Assembly: GCA_047602425.1 (NCBI GenBank)
Contig: JASGHG010000001.1
Span: 1,792,001 to 1,856,000, forward strand
Source of the DNA: Nibricoccus sp.
GTDB lineage: Bacteria; Verrucomicrobiota; Verrucomicrobiia; Opitutales; Opitutaceae
Length of the DNA stretch: 64,000 bases
Reading direction: 5' to 3'
Of this stretch, positions 30,530 through 40,722 are shown piece after piece. A program made the position numbers and the translations under genes. How positions within the stretch are numbered: the first letter of the stretch is position 1; the number at the start of each line of letters is the position of its first letter. The notes beneath the pieces were generated by a model. That model worked only from the letters and a program-made list of their open reading frames with translations. It had not been told where the DNA came from and searched no databases.

Positions 30530-32176
30530 CTATTCAGCCTGCGGAAGATATTCGATCAAAACGCCCATGTTGCGGATGTAAGCGCCGGTCGAAATGCCAA
30601 TGGCCGGGTTGGGATCGGGATATGGCGACGTGTCCGTCTTATCGCCCACCCGCGCTTCGCAAAAGTCTCCCGGCGCAGGCTCTCGCAAACCGTCGCTGGA
30701 ATAAGGATGACTCGTGTACCGGATCGGAACGGGCCAAAATCCTTCGGTGTTCAAGCGCCCCAACAACCGCGCGGCTCGCTCGGCAATTCCCGGGCGTGAA
30801 TCTTTGCCGTGCTCGGGGTCGAAAAACCAGGCCCACTCGGGATTTCCCACCGTGAAATATCGCGGCAATGGTTGCTCCGACAATAGCGGTGAGCCCTTTG
30901 TAGCTTCGGCGACCGGCAATGCTTTGAGTTTTTCGAATTTTGCGCGCAGTCCCTCGACGTCGATCTGACGAAACGAACCATAATGCCCCACCGTGTGCTG
31001 CGGATTTTCGTCGGTATAGTATTCTCCGTTGACCACGTTGGAACCGCGACGGTGCAGATAAACGGGCTTGTTCGTGCCAACCTCGACAAAAGTCGGGTAA
31101 GCACGGCCTTCTTTAACTAACTCCTTGGGACAGCGAACGCTCTCCAGCCAGTCCAACGCGGCCGGAATCGGCTCCAGGTATTTCTTGTCGCCCGTCAGTC
31201 GGTAGAAATTGCCCAATTGGTCGATGCACGATGCCGTGGCATGCGTCGCCAGCGCGGCCGGCTCGTAGGTGCGCGCGCCCGCCGGTTTGAGTTCGAGCGT
31301 GTACTGCAAAGCCCATCCGGCTTGTGGCGGTTTCTGTTGGGTCGTCAAAAAACAGTCCATCCCCCTTTTGATGGGTTCAAGCAGCCGGCGCTCGCCCAGC
31401 ACTTGATGGCATTTCAGCAGAAAATCGATGTTTTCCGTGACCACGTCGTCGTTGAGCGTGATAAAGCCGGTGTAATCCGGACGCCCGTGATGCGAAAACT
31501 GATCCGTTGGCGGGAAACGCTGCGGCCAGCCACCGATCGGATATTGGCTTTCGAGGACGAACTGGATGGCCTTGTCCAGAGCCGGCCGGTACTTCGCGTC
31601 GTGCTTCTCCGCGTAAAGCCGCAGGAGAAATTTCGCACACTCCGCAGTACCGCCGTCGTCGAAGGTCGCATTGCCGTAATAATGTTGAAATTCCTCCAGA
31701 CGCCAGGCGTTGCGTCCGACGGTTGCGTACCACTGCCGCAACGAATCCTCACCGGCAAAATCCACCACATAATTCCACCCGCCGCTCGGATGCTGCCCGC
31801 GGATGAGCGCCGCCGCCACTGACTCCGCAGCGCGATAATAATATTCGTCGCCCGTCGCGTGATAGGCGTCGAGAAAAAGATGTCCCATCGTGCCCGTGCC
31901 CGGAGGCTGTATCCAAATCATGGATTTTTTCGCCTCCAATTCTCCCCAACGCCGGGAAAAATCCGCCAGATAAAACCAAACGTAACCTCCGTCGGTACTT
32001 GCCTTCTCAAGCATGAAAGCCGTCGCGCGGCGCATGGTCGCGAGAACTTCGTCTTTTCGCGGTCGTTCGTTTTCGGCAGCCATGGCGCGGCCTCCGAAAA
32101 ACAGGCCGAGCAGAAGCAAGGAACAGAAGCCGAGCTGGGCTCTGCGGACAAATTGGGGGCGAAGGAAGGCGCGCAT
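30530..32176 (-). CDS. Pectate lyase, PL10 family
   Basis: NATFDD, QYPIGGWPQRFP, ITLNDD, WALQY...PAGARTYEP. Confidence 0.85.
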   Translation of the reverse strand: MRAFLRPQFVRRAQLGFCSLLLLGLFFGGRAMAAENERPRKDEVLATMRRATAFMLEKASTDGGYVWFYLADFSRRWGELEAKKSMIWIQPPGTGTMGHLFLDAYHATGDEYYYRAAESVAAALIRGQHPSGGWNYVVDFAGEDSLRQWYATVGRNAWRLEEFQHYYGNATFDDGGTAECAKFLLRLYAEKHDAKYRPALDKAIQFVLESQYPIGGWPQRFPPTDQFSHHGRPDYTGFITLNDDVVTENIDFLLKCHQVLGERRLLEPIKRGMDCFLTTQQKPPQAGWALQYTLELKPAGARTYEPAALATHATASCIDQLGNFYRLTGDKKYLEPIPAALDWLESVRCPKELVKEGRAYPTFVEVGTNKPVYLHRRGSNVVNGEYYTDENPQHTVGHYGSFRQIDVEGLRAKFEKLKALPVAEATKGSPLLSEQPLPRYFTVGNPEWAWFFDPEHGKDSRPGIAERAARLLGRLNTEGFWPVPIRYTSHPYSSDGLREPAPGDFCEARVGDKTDTSPYPDPNPAIGISTGAYIRNMGVLIEYLPQAE

Positions 32177-32272
32177 GAAAAGCAAGATATAGCAGAGCCA
32201 CGTACCCTCGTTTCCTTCAAATCGAAACGTGGTCCAGGCGTCTCTATTCTATTTCGGCACGCGTTTCCCCGG

Positions 32273-33208
32273 CTAAAGCGGGATCAGCCCGGCTTCGATT
32301 TCTGCTCTTCGCGGTTCCAAAAACGGCGGCAGCGCCAGCTTCTGCCCAAGGCTTTCCGGCGCCTCGTCGACGGCAAAACCCGGTCCGTTCGTCGCGATTT
32401 CGAAGAGCACGCCGTTCGGTTCGCGGAAATATAAACTTCTAAAATAAAATCGGTCCACCACGCCGCTGTTGGCCACGCGCGCTTCTTTCAGACGAATTTC
32501 CCAATTTTTAAAATCCGTCGCGTTCGTCCTGAAAGCCAAATGATGAACGCCGCCAGCGCCCAATCGTCCAACGTTCGCGTTCGGCTCGGCTGCGACATGC
32601 AGTTCGCCCGCCGCACCGGGCGCGCTCATCGCAAAAACGGTGACTGTTGTGCCTGCCAGTTCGTATTCCCGCACGACGCTCATGCCCAAAATCTGCTCCA
32701 GCATTCGCCGTGTCGGTGCGAGTGCGGGTACGCTAACCGTGATGGGACCCAGTCCGAGAATTCGGTGTGCAACGGGCACGTCCGATCCCAACCATGCTCT
32801 CCCTATTTCGCCCTGTGCATCGGTTATCAAGGCCAACCTGTGCCCCTCGGGATCCTCAAACGGTAGCGTGAGCCGGCCATCCACGGTCTGTATCGGCTGA
32901 ACCACTACACCGGCTGCGTGCAATCGTTCTTCCCACCAGCATAAATCGGCCTCCGTCGCGAGGCGGAGTCCCACTCGCACCACGCTGCTCGTGCCGCGCT
33001 GCTCACGCGGCAGGCGCCAGTCAAAAAAAGTCAGTTCCGTTCCCGGGGTGCCTTCGCCGTCACCGTAAAACAGGTGGTAGGCGGAAACGTCGTCCTGATT
33101 TACGCTTTTCTTCACCAAACGCAGTCCGAGCGTACGCACATAAAACGCGTGATTGGCCGCAATATCGGCCGTCACGGAAGTCACATGATGAAAGCCGGCG
33201 AGTTGCAT
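32273..33208 (-). CDS. Ring-cleaving dioxygenase (MhqA/O-like VOC)
   Basis: HHVT, LVKKSVNQDD, GGVHHLAF, DRFYFRSLYFREPNGVLFEIAT. Confidence 0.92.
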   Translation of the reverse strand: MQLAGFHHVTSVTADIAANHAFYVRTLGLRLVKKSVNQDDVSAYHLFYGDGEGTPGTELTFFDWRLPREQRGTSSVVRVGLRLATEADLCWWEERLHAAGVVVQPIQTVDGRLTLPFEDPEGHRLALITDAQGEIGRAWLGSDVPVAHRILGLGPITVSVPALAPTRRMLEQILGMSVVREYELAGTTVTVFAMSAPGAAGELHVAAEPNANVGRLGAGGVHHLAFRTNATDFKNWEIRLKEARVANSGVVDRFYFRSLYFREPNGVLFEIATNGPGFAVDEAPESLGQKLALPPFLEPRRAEIEAGLIPL

Positions 33209-33259
33209 GCGACAAAGTGTGCATGACTCGCCGGACGTCCAGTCCATGCCAGCGTTCCA

Positions 33260-34621
33260 TCAACGACCGTGACGCGAATGGCGACCACCGCCGTTGTTTC
33301 CACCATTGGAATTACCCGAATTATTATCGTTGGATTCGGTCGAGGACTGGCCCTGTGGTGGAGGCGCCGCGGGTCGGGGCGCATTTGCCGGCCGCGACAC
33401 CCGAGCGGGAGGAGGCTGCTGCTGCGGCGGCGGAGCGGAAGGCGGTGGGTTCACCGATGGCTCGCTCGGCGCGCGCGGGGCTGAACGGTGCAAGTTCGCT
33501 GTCGCCGAACCAGCGCCCGGGCGCGATGGGCCGGAATAAGTGCGCTGCGGCGGGGGCGGCGGCTCATGAGACGGCGGCGCAGGCGGTGGCGTAAAATGCT
33601 GCGGGTTGTGATGCGGACGCTGATTTGAAACAGTCGGAGGAGGAGTCCGATGCGAAGGTCCAACACCCACATGCGTCATGGGCGCCACGGGAGCGACCGG
33701 AGAAACCACCGTCACGGGCGGACGTCCCGGAAAATTCTGAGCCGGAGGCAGCGGCCGGTGGGGACCACGATCATGATAATCGCGGCGATAGTCCGGACCA
33801 GGCGAGTGGAACCGATGATCAGGTCCAAACGGCCGTGGCACCACCACCACGGTCGGAGGACGATACCCATGCTGGTGTGTACGCTGGTAAAAATGCGGTG
33901 ATGGGCGCCACGCCGTGACCACATTCACCCGAACCGCCGGCGGAGGCGGCCGCCAGAAGGGCGTGTAAACCCAGCCCGGATGGCGTCGATGAACCCAGAT
34001 GGTGCGGCCAGGCCAGTCGCAATCGTAGAACAACCAGTTGCCAACTCCAAAGCCCACGCTGAAACTGATGAAAGAATTCCGGAAGGAGCTGCGCATCCAA
34101 AGTACATCCGGATCGTACCGCGGGATGTAGATGCACCCCGGATTTGCCGGCACGATATAGACTACTTCCTGCTCGACGACCACTCGCTGCTGCGGCGTAT
34201 CCACCAGCAAGCCATTCGCGCGGGCATGAGCACGCAGACGCTGGATGGCCGCCATCACGTCAGCGGGCTGGGCGGCGAAAACTTCACCCATCTGCTGCGT
34301 CCAATCGAGATTCTCATCCATCCACTTGACCAGATCCGGGTAGTGGGCGAGCGATTTCACCGTGTCGTGCCAGAACTGCTTGTCGATGTCGGACTCCTTG
34401 CCACCGTAGGAAAGAAAACGCGCCGCAAGCACCACGTCGGCCGATTCAGTGGAGGCAGGAAGAAGGATCGCGACTAAAGAGTCGGGATAAAGCGCGATGG
34501 GCGACACCAGTTTTTCAATTTCTTCTGGCGAACGGTTCGGCACTTCGTTTGTGGCGGCAACGCAGGCGATGGAAACTACGCCCACGGACCAGACTAGCAG
34601 CAGGCGAAGGAATTTTTTCAT
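33260..34621 (-). CDS. DUF3300 domain protein with Pro-rich tail
   Basis: LVSPIALYPD.L, DVMAAIQRLR.A, QQRV, YIPRYDP. Confidence 0.88.
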   Translation of the reverse strand: MKKFLRLLLVWSVGVVSIACVAATNEVPNRSPEEIEKLVSPIALYPDSLVAILLPASTESADVVLAARFLSYGGKESDIDKQFWHDTVKSLAHYPDLVKWMDENLDWTQQMGEVFAAQPADVMAAIQRLRAHARANGLLVDTPQQRVVVEQEVVYIVPANPGCIYIPRYDPDVLWMRSSFRNSFISFSVGFGVGNWLFYDCDWPGRTIWVHRRHPGWVYTPFWRPPPPAVRVNVVTAWRPSPHFYQRTHQHGYRPPTVVVVPRPFGPDHRFHSPGPDYRRDYHDRGPHRPLPPAQNFPGRPPVTVVSPVAPVAPMTHVGVGPSHRTPPPTVSNQRPHHNPQHFTPPPAPPSHEPPPPPQRTYSGPSRPGAGSATANLHRSAPRAPSEPSVNPPPSAPPPQQQPPPARVSRPANAPRPAAPPPQGQSSTESNDNNSGNSNGGNNGGGRHSRHGR

Positions 34622-34719
34622 GGGATGAGAGGTTTCCCGTTTAGACAGGGCGGTTTCCCCGCGGGTGCCTATGTGTGCCCAAATAGCCACGCTAAACCCT
34701 GATGAAGAATAATATAAAA

Positions 34720-35211
34720 CTATTCTAGTTTCAGCTCTGAGGGTGATTTACCGAGAAATTCCGCGAGCACCGAAACCACCAATTTGTGGTCCTCACGCTG
34801 CGGCAGACCGGACACCGTGATCGCACCAATGACGCCCGCGCCAAGCAATCGGAGGGGAAAGCCACCGCCATGGACCGCGTAATCGGCGAGGGAAAGGCCG
34901 AATTTTGTAGCAAGATCCGTTTTCTCCCGTTCCAGCTGAAGCCCAAGGCCGTAGGAGCTGCGGTGGAAATGCAGCACGGTGTTCCGCTTGCGCCGCACCC
35001 AGTTGGCATTGTTGGGCGACGCGCCCGGAAGCGCACAAGTGAAGACGGAGTGTCCGCCGGCAAAGATGTCTATCGCGAGAGCCGCGCCGCGTTTCTCCGC
35101 GGCGGCGCGCAACAAACCGCCAAGTTCCCACGCGATCTTTTCGTCGAATTTTTCGAAACAGAGCGTTTGTTCCTGCAGGGCGATTTTAGCCAGATCCAGT
35201 TCTAGGTTCAT
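34720..35211 (-). CDS. Heme-binding/degrading GlcG-HbpS-like (UPF0303) protein
   Basis: NWVRRKRNTV, HGGGFPL, TVSGLPQREDH. Confidence 0.9.
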   Translation of the reverse strand: MNLELDLAKIALQEQTLCFEKFDEKIAWELGGLLRAAAEKRGAALAIDIFAGGHSVFTCALPGASPNNANWVRRKRNTVLHFHRSSYGLGLQLEREKTDLATKFGLSLADYAVHGGGFPLRLLGAGVIGAITVSGLPQREDHKLVVSVLAEFLGKSPSELKLE

Positions 35212-35341
35212 CCCTCCATCAATGGCTACCCGGGAAAAAAGTCAGCGGGAAAACGCCATTTCCTCACGGGCGAAAGGAAGGCTTGAGACCGGTCCGTCGG
35301 CTCGCTTGAATGCCTCCGCCCTCAACCACTCCCTATAGACC

Positions 35342-35767
35342 ATGAGCGAACTTCCTGACTGCTTCTATTGCCGCAAAGACCAACGCCTGCATGACCTGAT
35401 GATCGAGATCGCGCCGCTGAGCGCCTCGACTTTATACCTTTTCAAGGAACAGACCCATCCGGGCCGCTGCGTGGTAGCCTACCGCGGCCACGTCAACGAA
35501 CTCTTTGAGCTGTCCGAAGCCGAACTTGCGCTTTTCACCAAGGATGTCGCGCGCGCCGCGAAAGCGATCAAGACCGCGTTCAATCCGGTAAAGATCAACT
35601 ACGGTGCGTACTCCGACAAATTGCCGCATCTTCATTTTCACCTCGTCCCAAAGTACAAGGACGGCGCAAGTTTCGGCACCACCTTCGAGATGATGCCAGC
35701 CAACAAGAAGTTACTCACCGAAGCCGAGTACGCCGACACGATCAAGGCGATCAAAGCGGCGCTATAA
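35342..35767 (+). CDS. HIT family protein
   Basis: CFYC and PHLHFHLVP histidine triad. Confidence 0.9.
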   Translation: MSELPDCFYCRKDQRLHDLMIEIAPLSASTLYLFKEQTHPGRCVVAYRGHVNELFELSEAELALFTKDVARAAKAIKTAFNPVKINYGAYSDKLPHLHFHLVPKYKDGASFGTTFEMMPANKKLLTEAEYADTIKAIKAAL

Positions 35768-35784
35768 ATTGTCTCTCATTTACG

Positions 35785-35817
35785 GGAACCACCTTGGCTC
35801 AACCGGGTGGTTTCCCT
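35785..35817. other. Intergenic hairpin, possible terminator
   Basis: GGGAACCACC...GGTGGTTTCCC after the HIT stop; no clear U tract. Confidence 0.35.
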
Positions 35818-35854
35818 CATGGCCCAAACCGCTGTTTTTGGAGATCATCTTCGC

Positions 35855-36088
35855 ATGATCTCCTCCATCGCGTCAGGTGTTTCCAGCCATCTTTTCGACG
35901 CGCCCGCCCAAGGCATAAAGCGGAGCGTGAGCGAGGCCAATGGCGCCGCCCAGAAGATCGCGGAGGGCGAGATCACCCCGGACAATTTCACCGCGCTCAT
36001 TCAAGCTGGCATCGAATTGAAAGCCAATCGCGCCGTGGCGGTCACGGCCGATGAAATGATCGGCAGCCTGCTCAATCGCAAGGCCTGA
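35855..36088 (+). CDS. Small protein resembling the flagellar basal-body rod/hook C-terminal domain
   Basis: KAN..AV.TADEMIGSLL C-terminus. Confidence 0.6.
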   Translation: MISSIASGVSSHLFDAPAQGIKRSVSEANGAAQKIAEGEITPDNFTALIQAGIELKANRAVAVTADEMIGSLLNRKA

Positions 36089-36122
36089 CGTATCCAAAAT
36101 CTGAATTCAGCGGTTCCGGGTC

Positions 36123-36572
36123 TCAGGGCAGCTTCGACTGCACGAGCTTGCTCACTGCGCCAAAGTCGATCAGTCCGGCCTCGGGACGCTGCTTGAGCAC
36201 CGCGATCACCTTGCCCATTTCCTTCTTCGACTGGGCGCCCGTGGAGGCGATCGCCTCATTGATGAGCGCCTCAAGTTTCGCCGCATCGAGACCGGCGGGA
36301 AGATATTTTTCCAGCAACTTGATTTCAACGTCGTTGGCGGCGATCAAGTCGGTGCGGCCTCCTTTTTCAAATTCCGCCTTGGCATCGGTTAGGTTTTTCA
36401 CCGACTTGCGCAACGTGGCGACGACCAGCGCGTCGTCCACGGGCTTGGATTGATCCAGCGAGGCGCGCTGGATCGCGGCATCGGCTGTGCGCAGACTGGT
36501 GGTTACGCTCGTATTGCGGGCTTTCATCGCGGCCACGATATCGGCGCGAAGGGTTTCGTAGATCTTCGACAT
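36123..36572 (-). CDS. GatB/YqeY domain protein
   Basis: AMKA, FEKGGR.DL, YLP, KEMGKV. Confidence 0.9.
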   Translation of the reverse strand: MSKIYETLRADIVAAMKARNTSVTTSLRTADAAIQRASLDQSKPVDDALVVATLRKSVKNLTDAKAEFEKGGRTDLIAANDVEIKLLEKYLPAGLDAAKLEALINEAIASTGAQSKKEMGKVIAVLKQRPEAGLIDFGAVSKLVQSKLP

Positions 36573-36635
36573 GCAGGGCAGCGTGCCGCACGACGCCGGG
36601 GTTGTCGAGCGGTCAGACGAAAGAGAAAACCGGGC

Positions 36636-37913
36636 TCAGGGGCGAGATGGTTCGCCCGATTTCGCGTGCCATTTTTTATAGTCGTTCAAGACCGTGTCGG
36701 GCCATTCGCCATACCACGCGTAGCCCCGCTGGCGTTCTGCGGAAATTTCACCGAGCTCATAATGGATCGTGCGATCGCGATCACCGAAAATAGGTCTGTC
36801 CGTTTCGATTTCGTACATGCGCGCCCACAATGGCTTCGCGCCTTCCTCCGGCACGAGGTGACGCTGCGGCGATTTCCGATCCAGGACTCGATTGTGGATG
36901 GCCACCTTTTCGAACCAAGCCATGGCGGCGTCGACTGCCTTGGTCGTTTCCGGCGACGGCTTGGGAAGGCGCATGAGAAATTTCACGAGGCTCACGCTCT
37001 CGCCCGTGCAGGCGGCAATCGGTTCGAAATTGCGCGCCGCACAGGGTTGAAGCGTCAGCATGTCATGCTGCTGGCACCAAACCGTCCGTCGGCCGGACGT
37101 TTCCACGATCTGCGTTTTCAACACACACTCAATGCCCAGCGCGAGTCGCCGCGCTGCTTCGGCGCGTTGCTCCGGCGGCACAAAAATGTAGTCCGGTCCG
37201 CCCGCCGCGATCTCCTGCAATAATTCGAGCACGCGCATCATCGCGTTGTCGTTGTAAGTGATCGCATCGTGATAACCACCCGCCAGAGGGTAAATTTGCG
37301 GGAAACCACCGTTGGGATACTGCGCGTTGAAAATATATTGCAGCCCCCGCAAAAACGATGCCTTCCAGGTGTCCGCGCGCTTTTCGTCGTGGGTCGCAGC
37401 GATTGCGCGCGCCAGGAAGCGCATTTCCAAAATGGTCGCGTTGTTATCGAACGTGCCGGCACTCCACGCATCGGACTTCGTTTTATTCTCCCTCGGGGAA
37501 ATCGAATAATCGTTGCTCTTCGACCAACCGCCCGCGCCGGATTGCCATTCAACCACGCGATCGGCTTGTGCCTGCGCTTCAGCGCTTCCGAACCAGGTGG
37601 CATCGCCATTCGCCTTCAGCCCCTTGGCACGCGCGGCGCCGCGAAGCGGTTCCTTCAAAGGCTGCGTGGGCGAAAATTCCGGCTCGGTAACCGCAGGAAG
37701 GGTATCGCGCACCCGCCGCGAAACCTCCAGGTATTTACGCCAAGCAACTTGTTCGGCCTCGGGCAGGCTTGCGATGCGCGCATCGGTCAAAGGCAGAAAA
37801 GGGTCTTTCGGCCAGGGCTGAGGCGGCACGGCGGCGTGTGAGGCGGCCGAAAACAAACATACGAAAAGCGCCGCCGGGAGGAGTTGTTTAAAAAAGGAGT
37901 TGCTCAGAAGCAT
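36636..37913 (-). CDS. Pectate lyase, PL10 family (PelA-like)
   Basis: GGWSK, TFDNNAT, QYPNGGFPQ, ITYNDNAM, WCQQH, ARNFEP, WARMYE, ERQRGYAWY. Confidence 0.92.
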   Translation of the reverse strand: MLLSNSFFKQLLPAALFVCLFSAASHAAVPPQPWPKDPFLPLTDARIASLPEAEQVAWRKYLEVSRRVRDTLPAVTEPEFSPTQPLKEPLRGAARAKGLKANGDATWFGSAEAQAQADRVVEWQSGAGGWSKSNDYSISPRENKTKSDAWSAGTFDNNATILEMRFLARAIAATHDEKRADTWKASFLRGLQYIFNAQYPNGGFPQIYPLAGGYHDAITYNDNAMMRVLELLQEIAAGGPDYIFVPPEQRAEAARRLALGIECVLKTQIVETSGRRTVWCQQHDMLTLQPCAARNFEPIAACTGESVSLVKFLMRLPKPSPETTKAVDAAMAWFEKVAIHNRVLDRKSPQRHLVPEEGAKPLWARMYEIETDRPIFGDRDRTIHYELGEISAERQRGYAWYGEWPDTVLNDYKKWHAKSGEPSRP

Positions 37914-38016
37914 GGGACACGTGTCCTATCGCTGACGTCTGCTGACGCAAAACGTTTCATCATATTTTTCGGCCCGCAAAGTTCCTTGTGGGTGCGAGCG
38001 CTCCATCTTCCTTTCC

Positions 38017-39324
38017 GTGCCTTTCACTCGTCGCTTCCTATTCTGCCTTTTCGCCTTGGTCACCGTTCCTCTCGCGCTCGTCGCGCAGGACGTGGAAACC
38101 GCCACCGCAAAATCCATCTCCCCGAGCCATGCCATCTATAATGTCATGGATTTCGGCGCCACCGGAGAAGGCAAAATCAAGGAAACCGCCGCGTTTCAAA
38201 AAGCGCTCGATGCTTGCGCCGCCGCGGGAGGCGGCACCGTGCTCGTTCCGGCCGGCTACTATATTATTGGCAGCCTTCAGCTCAAATCCCACACCACGCT
38301 CAGCCTCGACAATAAATCCTTTCTCGTCGGCAGCGCCGATCTCGCCGACTACCCGCTCGCCCGGGTCCGCTGGGAAGGCGAATTCGAACAAGGCCATCGT
38401 GCCCTTATCTGGGCGGAAAAAGCCACCGACATCGCCATCCTTGGACCTGGCGTGATTTTCGGCCCGCCGATCACCGTCAGCCGTCTGCGCGATCCCCGCG
38501 CCCCTGCGTTGATCGAACCATCTGAATGCACCAACGTTCTGCTGGACGGTTTTACTGCGCAATACCAGCGCGTGTGGACGATTCATCCGGTTCTTTGCCA
38601 AAACGTCACCGCGCGCAACCTCGTCATTCGCTCCGTCTACACCAATGGCGACGGCATCGATGTCGACTCATGCCGTGACGTCCTGATCGAACGTTGCAAC
38701 ATCGACACCGGAGACGACGCCATCGCCCTTAAATCCGGCCGCGGGCTTGAAGCCGTCCGCACCGCGCGGTCCACCGAAAACGTTGTTATCCGCGACTGCG
38801 TTCTCACCAGCAGCATGTACGGCGCCATCGGCATCGGCACCGAACTTTCCGGCGGCATCCGCAATGTCCGCATCGAAAACTGCACCATCTCCGGCCGGGG
38901 CAATGGCATCATCATCAAAAGTCGCGATGGCCGCGGCGCCGTCGCTGAAAATATCACCGGCGAAAACCTTCTCATTCACAATTCGGCCACCTTCCTCTGC
39001 ATCGATCTTCTCAAGCGCGGTATTCAGGCCACTGAACCTGTGCCCGGCGAAATCGAACAATGGACCCAATTGCGCAACATTCGCTTCTCCGGCATCCGCG
39101 TTCACAACGTCAAACATCTCGTCGTCGCCAATAAAATTCCCCCCGAATGTCCCGTGCAGGGCCTGAGCCTCCTCGACATTTCCGGTACCTGCGAAAAAGG
39201 TGTCGTGCTCGCCAACATGAAGGAGGTAACCCTCTCGCAAATCGCGGTCACCGGTTACGATGGCGCTTTGCTTTCGACGGAAAACGTCAAGGGTTCCGGC
39301 CTCGCCAATCCGGCCGGGAAATAG
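38017..39324 (+). CDS. Glycoside hydrolase family 28 (polygalacturonase-like)
   Basis: NGDGID, TGDDAIALKSG, IGTE.SGG, IKS..GRG. Confidence 0.9.
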   Translation: MPFTRRFLFCLFALVTVPLALVAQDVETATAKSISPSHAIYNVMDFGATGEGKIKETAAFQKALDACAAAGGGTVLVPAGYYIIGSLQLKSHTTLSLDNKSFLVGSADLADYPLARVRWEGEFEQGHRALIWAEKATDIAILGPGVIFGPPITVSRLRDPRAPALIEPSECTNVLLDGFTAQYQRVWTIHPVLCQNVTARNLVIRSVYTNGDGIDVDSCRDVLIERCNIDTGDDAIALKSGRGLEAVRTARSTENVVIRDCVLTSSMYGAIGIGTELSGGIRNVRIENCTISGRGNGIIIKSRDGRGAVAENITGENLLIHNSATFLCIDLLKRGIQATEPVPGEIEQWTQLRNIRFSGIRVHNVKHLVVANKIPPECPVQGLSLLDISGTCEKGVVLANMKEVTLSQIAVTGYDGALLSTENVKGSGLANPAGK

Positions 39325-39419
39325 GCTCTTCCGCTCCGGTCGCTGGCGTTATCCAGCGCACGTCGACAATTTTGAGTGTGCAAGCCGAACACGGGCTGCC
39401 TATTCCTGTCCCCATCGTC

Positions 39420-39896
39420 ATGCGCGCCATCCTCACCGCCCTGTTCGTTTTCACCGCCGCCGCCTTCAGCCACGCTGCCGAACTTTCGCTCGTGCGCGTC
39501 TGGCCGGCCTATCGCCCCGCCGAGTCGTTCGAACGCCTCTCCGAATATTTTGGCAAAAACGAAGATCCGGCCGCGCATCATATTCTTCGCACCCAGCCGG
39601 CCGAGCGCGCTGGTTACTATTTCCTGGTTCGGCTCAAAAACAAGGGCGCCGCGCTCGCTGGCACCCGCTTCGAACTCCAACTCATCACCCCTTTCGCAAC
39701 CGAACTAAGAAGCTACACTTTCGCTGGCGACATTCCGTCAGGTAACCATGCTTTTCACCTCGGCCTCACCGGCAGCGACTGGCCCGGCAAACCGAAGGAC
39801 GAATCCGTCGCCTGGAAATTGCGCGTACTCGGCTCCGATGGCGCGGAACTCTTGCAAAGCCAAAGCTACCTGTGGGCTCTGCCCGAGAAGAAATAG
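39420..39896 (+). CDS. Hypothetical secreted protein
   Basis: Signal peptide; typical codon usage; ends ..SYLW. Confidence 0.7.
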   Translation: MRAILTALFVFTAAAFSHAAELSLVRVWPAYRPAESFERLSEYFGKNEDPAAHHILRTQPAERAGYYFLVRLKNKGAALAGTRFELQLITPFATELRSYTFAGDIPSGNHAFHLGLTGSDWPGKPKDESVAWKLRVLGSDGAELLQSQSYLWALPEKK

Positions 39897-39949
39897 ACCG
39901 CCGCGCATAAACGAACCTTTATCAACCGCCATCCAATCCCAGCCTGCCC

Positions 39950-40399
39950 ATGAAAGCCACAATGATCGCCGCCGCTTTTCTCAGTCTCGGATTTTTATTT
40001 GGCTGCAATCAGGCGCCCAGGCTGGAACGTCCCGAATTAAATCCACCCACCGACGCGGCCCTTCAGGGTACTTACAAAATCATTGAGGAGACCGTCAGCG
40101 GAAAATCCCCAGCCGAAAACACGCTCGAAACCGCGCGCTTGGAAATTCTTCCGGACGGCGTCGCCCGCTTTGTCGATTTCCCCTTGTTCGACCAACGTCG
40201 CGGCGTGCAAGGCTTGCCTCGCAAGATCACTTGCGGCGGCCGCTGGCTCGTCGTCCAGGGCAAATCCGGCTACCTGCTCACCCTCGACCCCGACCGCGAT
40301 TTCCGCTTTCAGGCCGTGATTGTGGAAGGCGGCGACTTGCTCGTATACTACGCGCCGAGCACCGAAGGTTATTTTACGAAGTGGCGGAAAACGCCCTGA
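39950..40399 (+). CDS. Hypothetical lipoprotein
   Basis: Lipobox FLFGC. Confidence 0.7.
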   Translation: MKATMIAAAFLSLGFLFGCNQAPRLERPELNPPTDAALQGTYKIIEETVSGKSPAENTLETARLEILPDGVARFVDFPLFDQRRGVQGLPRKITCGGRWLVVQGKSGYLLTLDPDRDFRFQAVIVEGGDLLVYYAPSTEGYFTKWRKTP

Positions 40400-40666
40400 G
40401 TTTTCTCGGACTGACTGACGCCGAACTTCTTAAGCCGGCGAGCCCGCTTGGACACATCTTCTCGCTGGACCTTCTGCGGACACACTCAGAACCTGCCGCA
40501 TGGGCGCCAAATATTTCCCGACGATCAAAGACCTGAAAGCCAGCCAGCGTTTCCAGGAAAAACAACGGAAACAACAGCCGGCGACCAAGCAACCGGCTAA
40601 ACCAATTCAACCGCCCAAAAGGACGGAGAAGCCGCAAACCTGAGCCGCTTTTCGTCGCAACGAACT

Positions 40667-40695
40667 AAAAAGGCCGGCCCTTGCGGGCCGGCCTT
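40667..40695 (-). terminator. Rho-independent terminator of the TonB receptor gene
   Basis: Minus strand AAGGCCGGCCC-GCAA-GGGCCGGCC-TTTTT. Confidence 0.8.
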
Positions 40696-40722
40696 CGTTG
40701 AACCACACGCTGATATCTGAGC

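Noticed and set aside
33260..33950. Pro-rich low-complexity tails (also 62700-63219) as novel repeats
   Set aside because: These are ordinary disordered linkers without DNA-level tandem periodicity.
35855..36088. Flagellar gene cluster
   Set aside because: Only one small rod-C-terminal-like ORF is present; no other flagellar genes.
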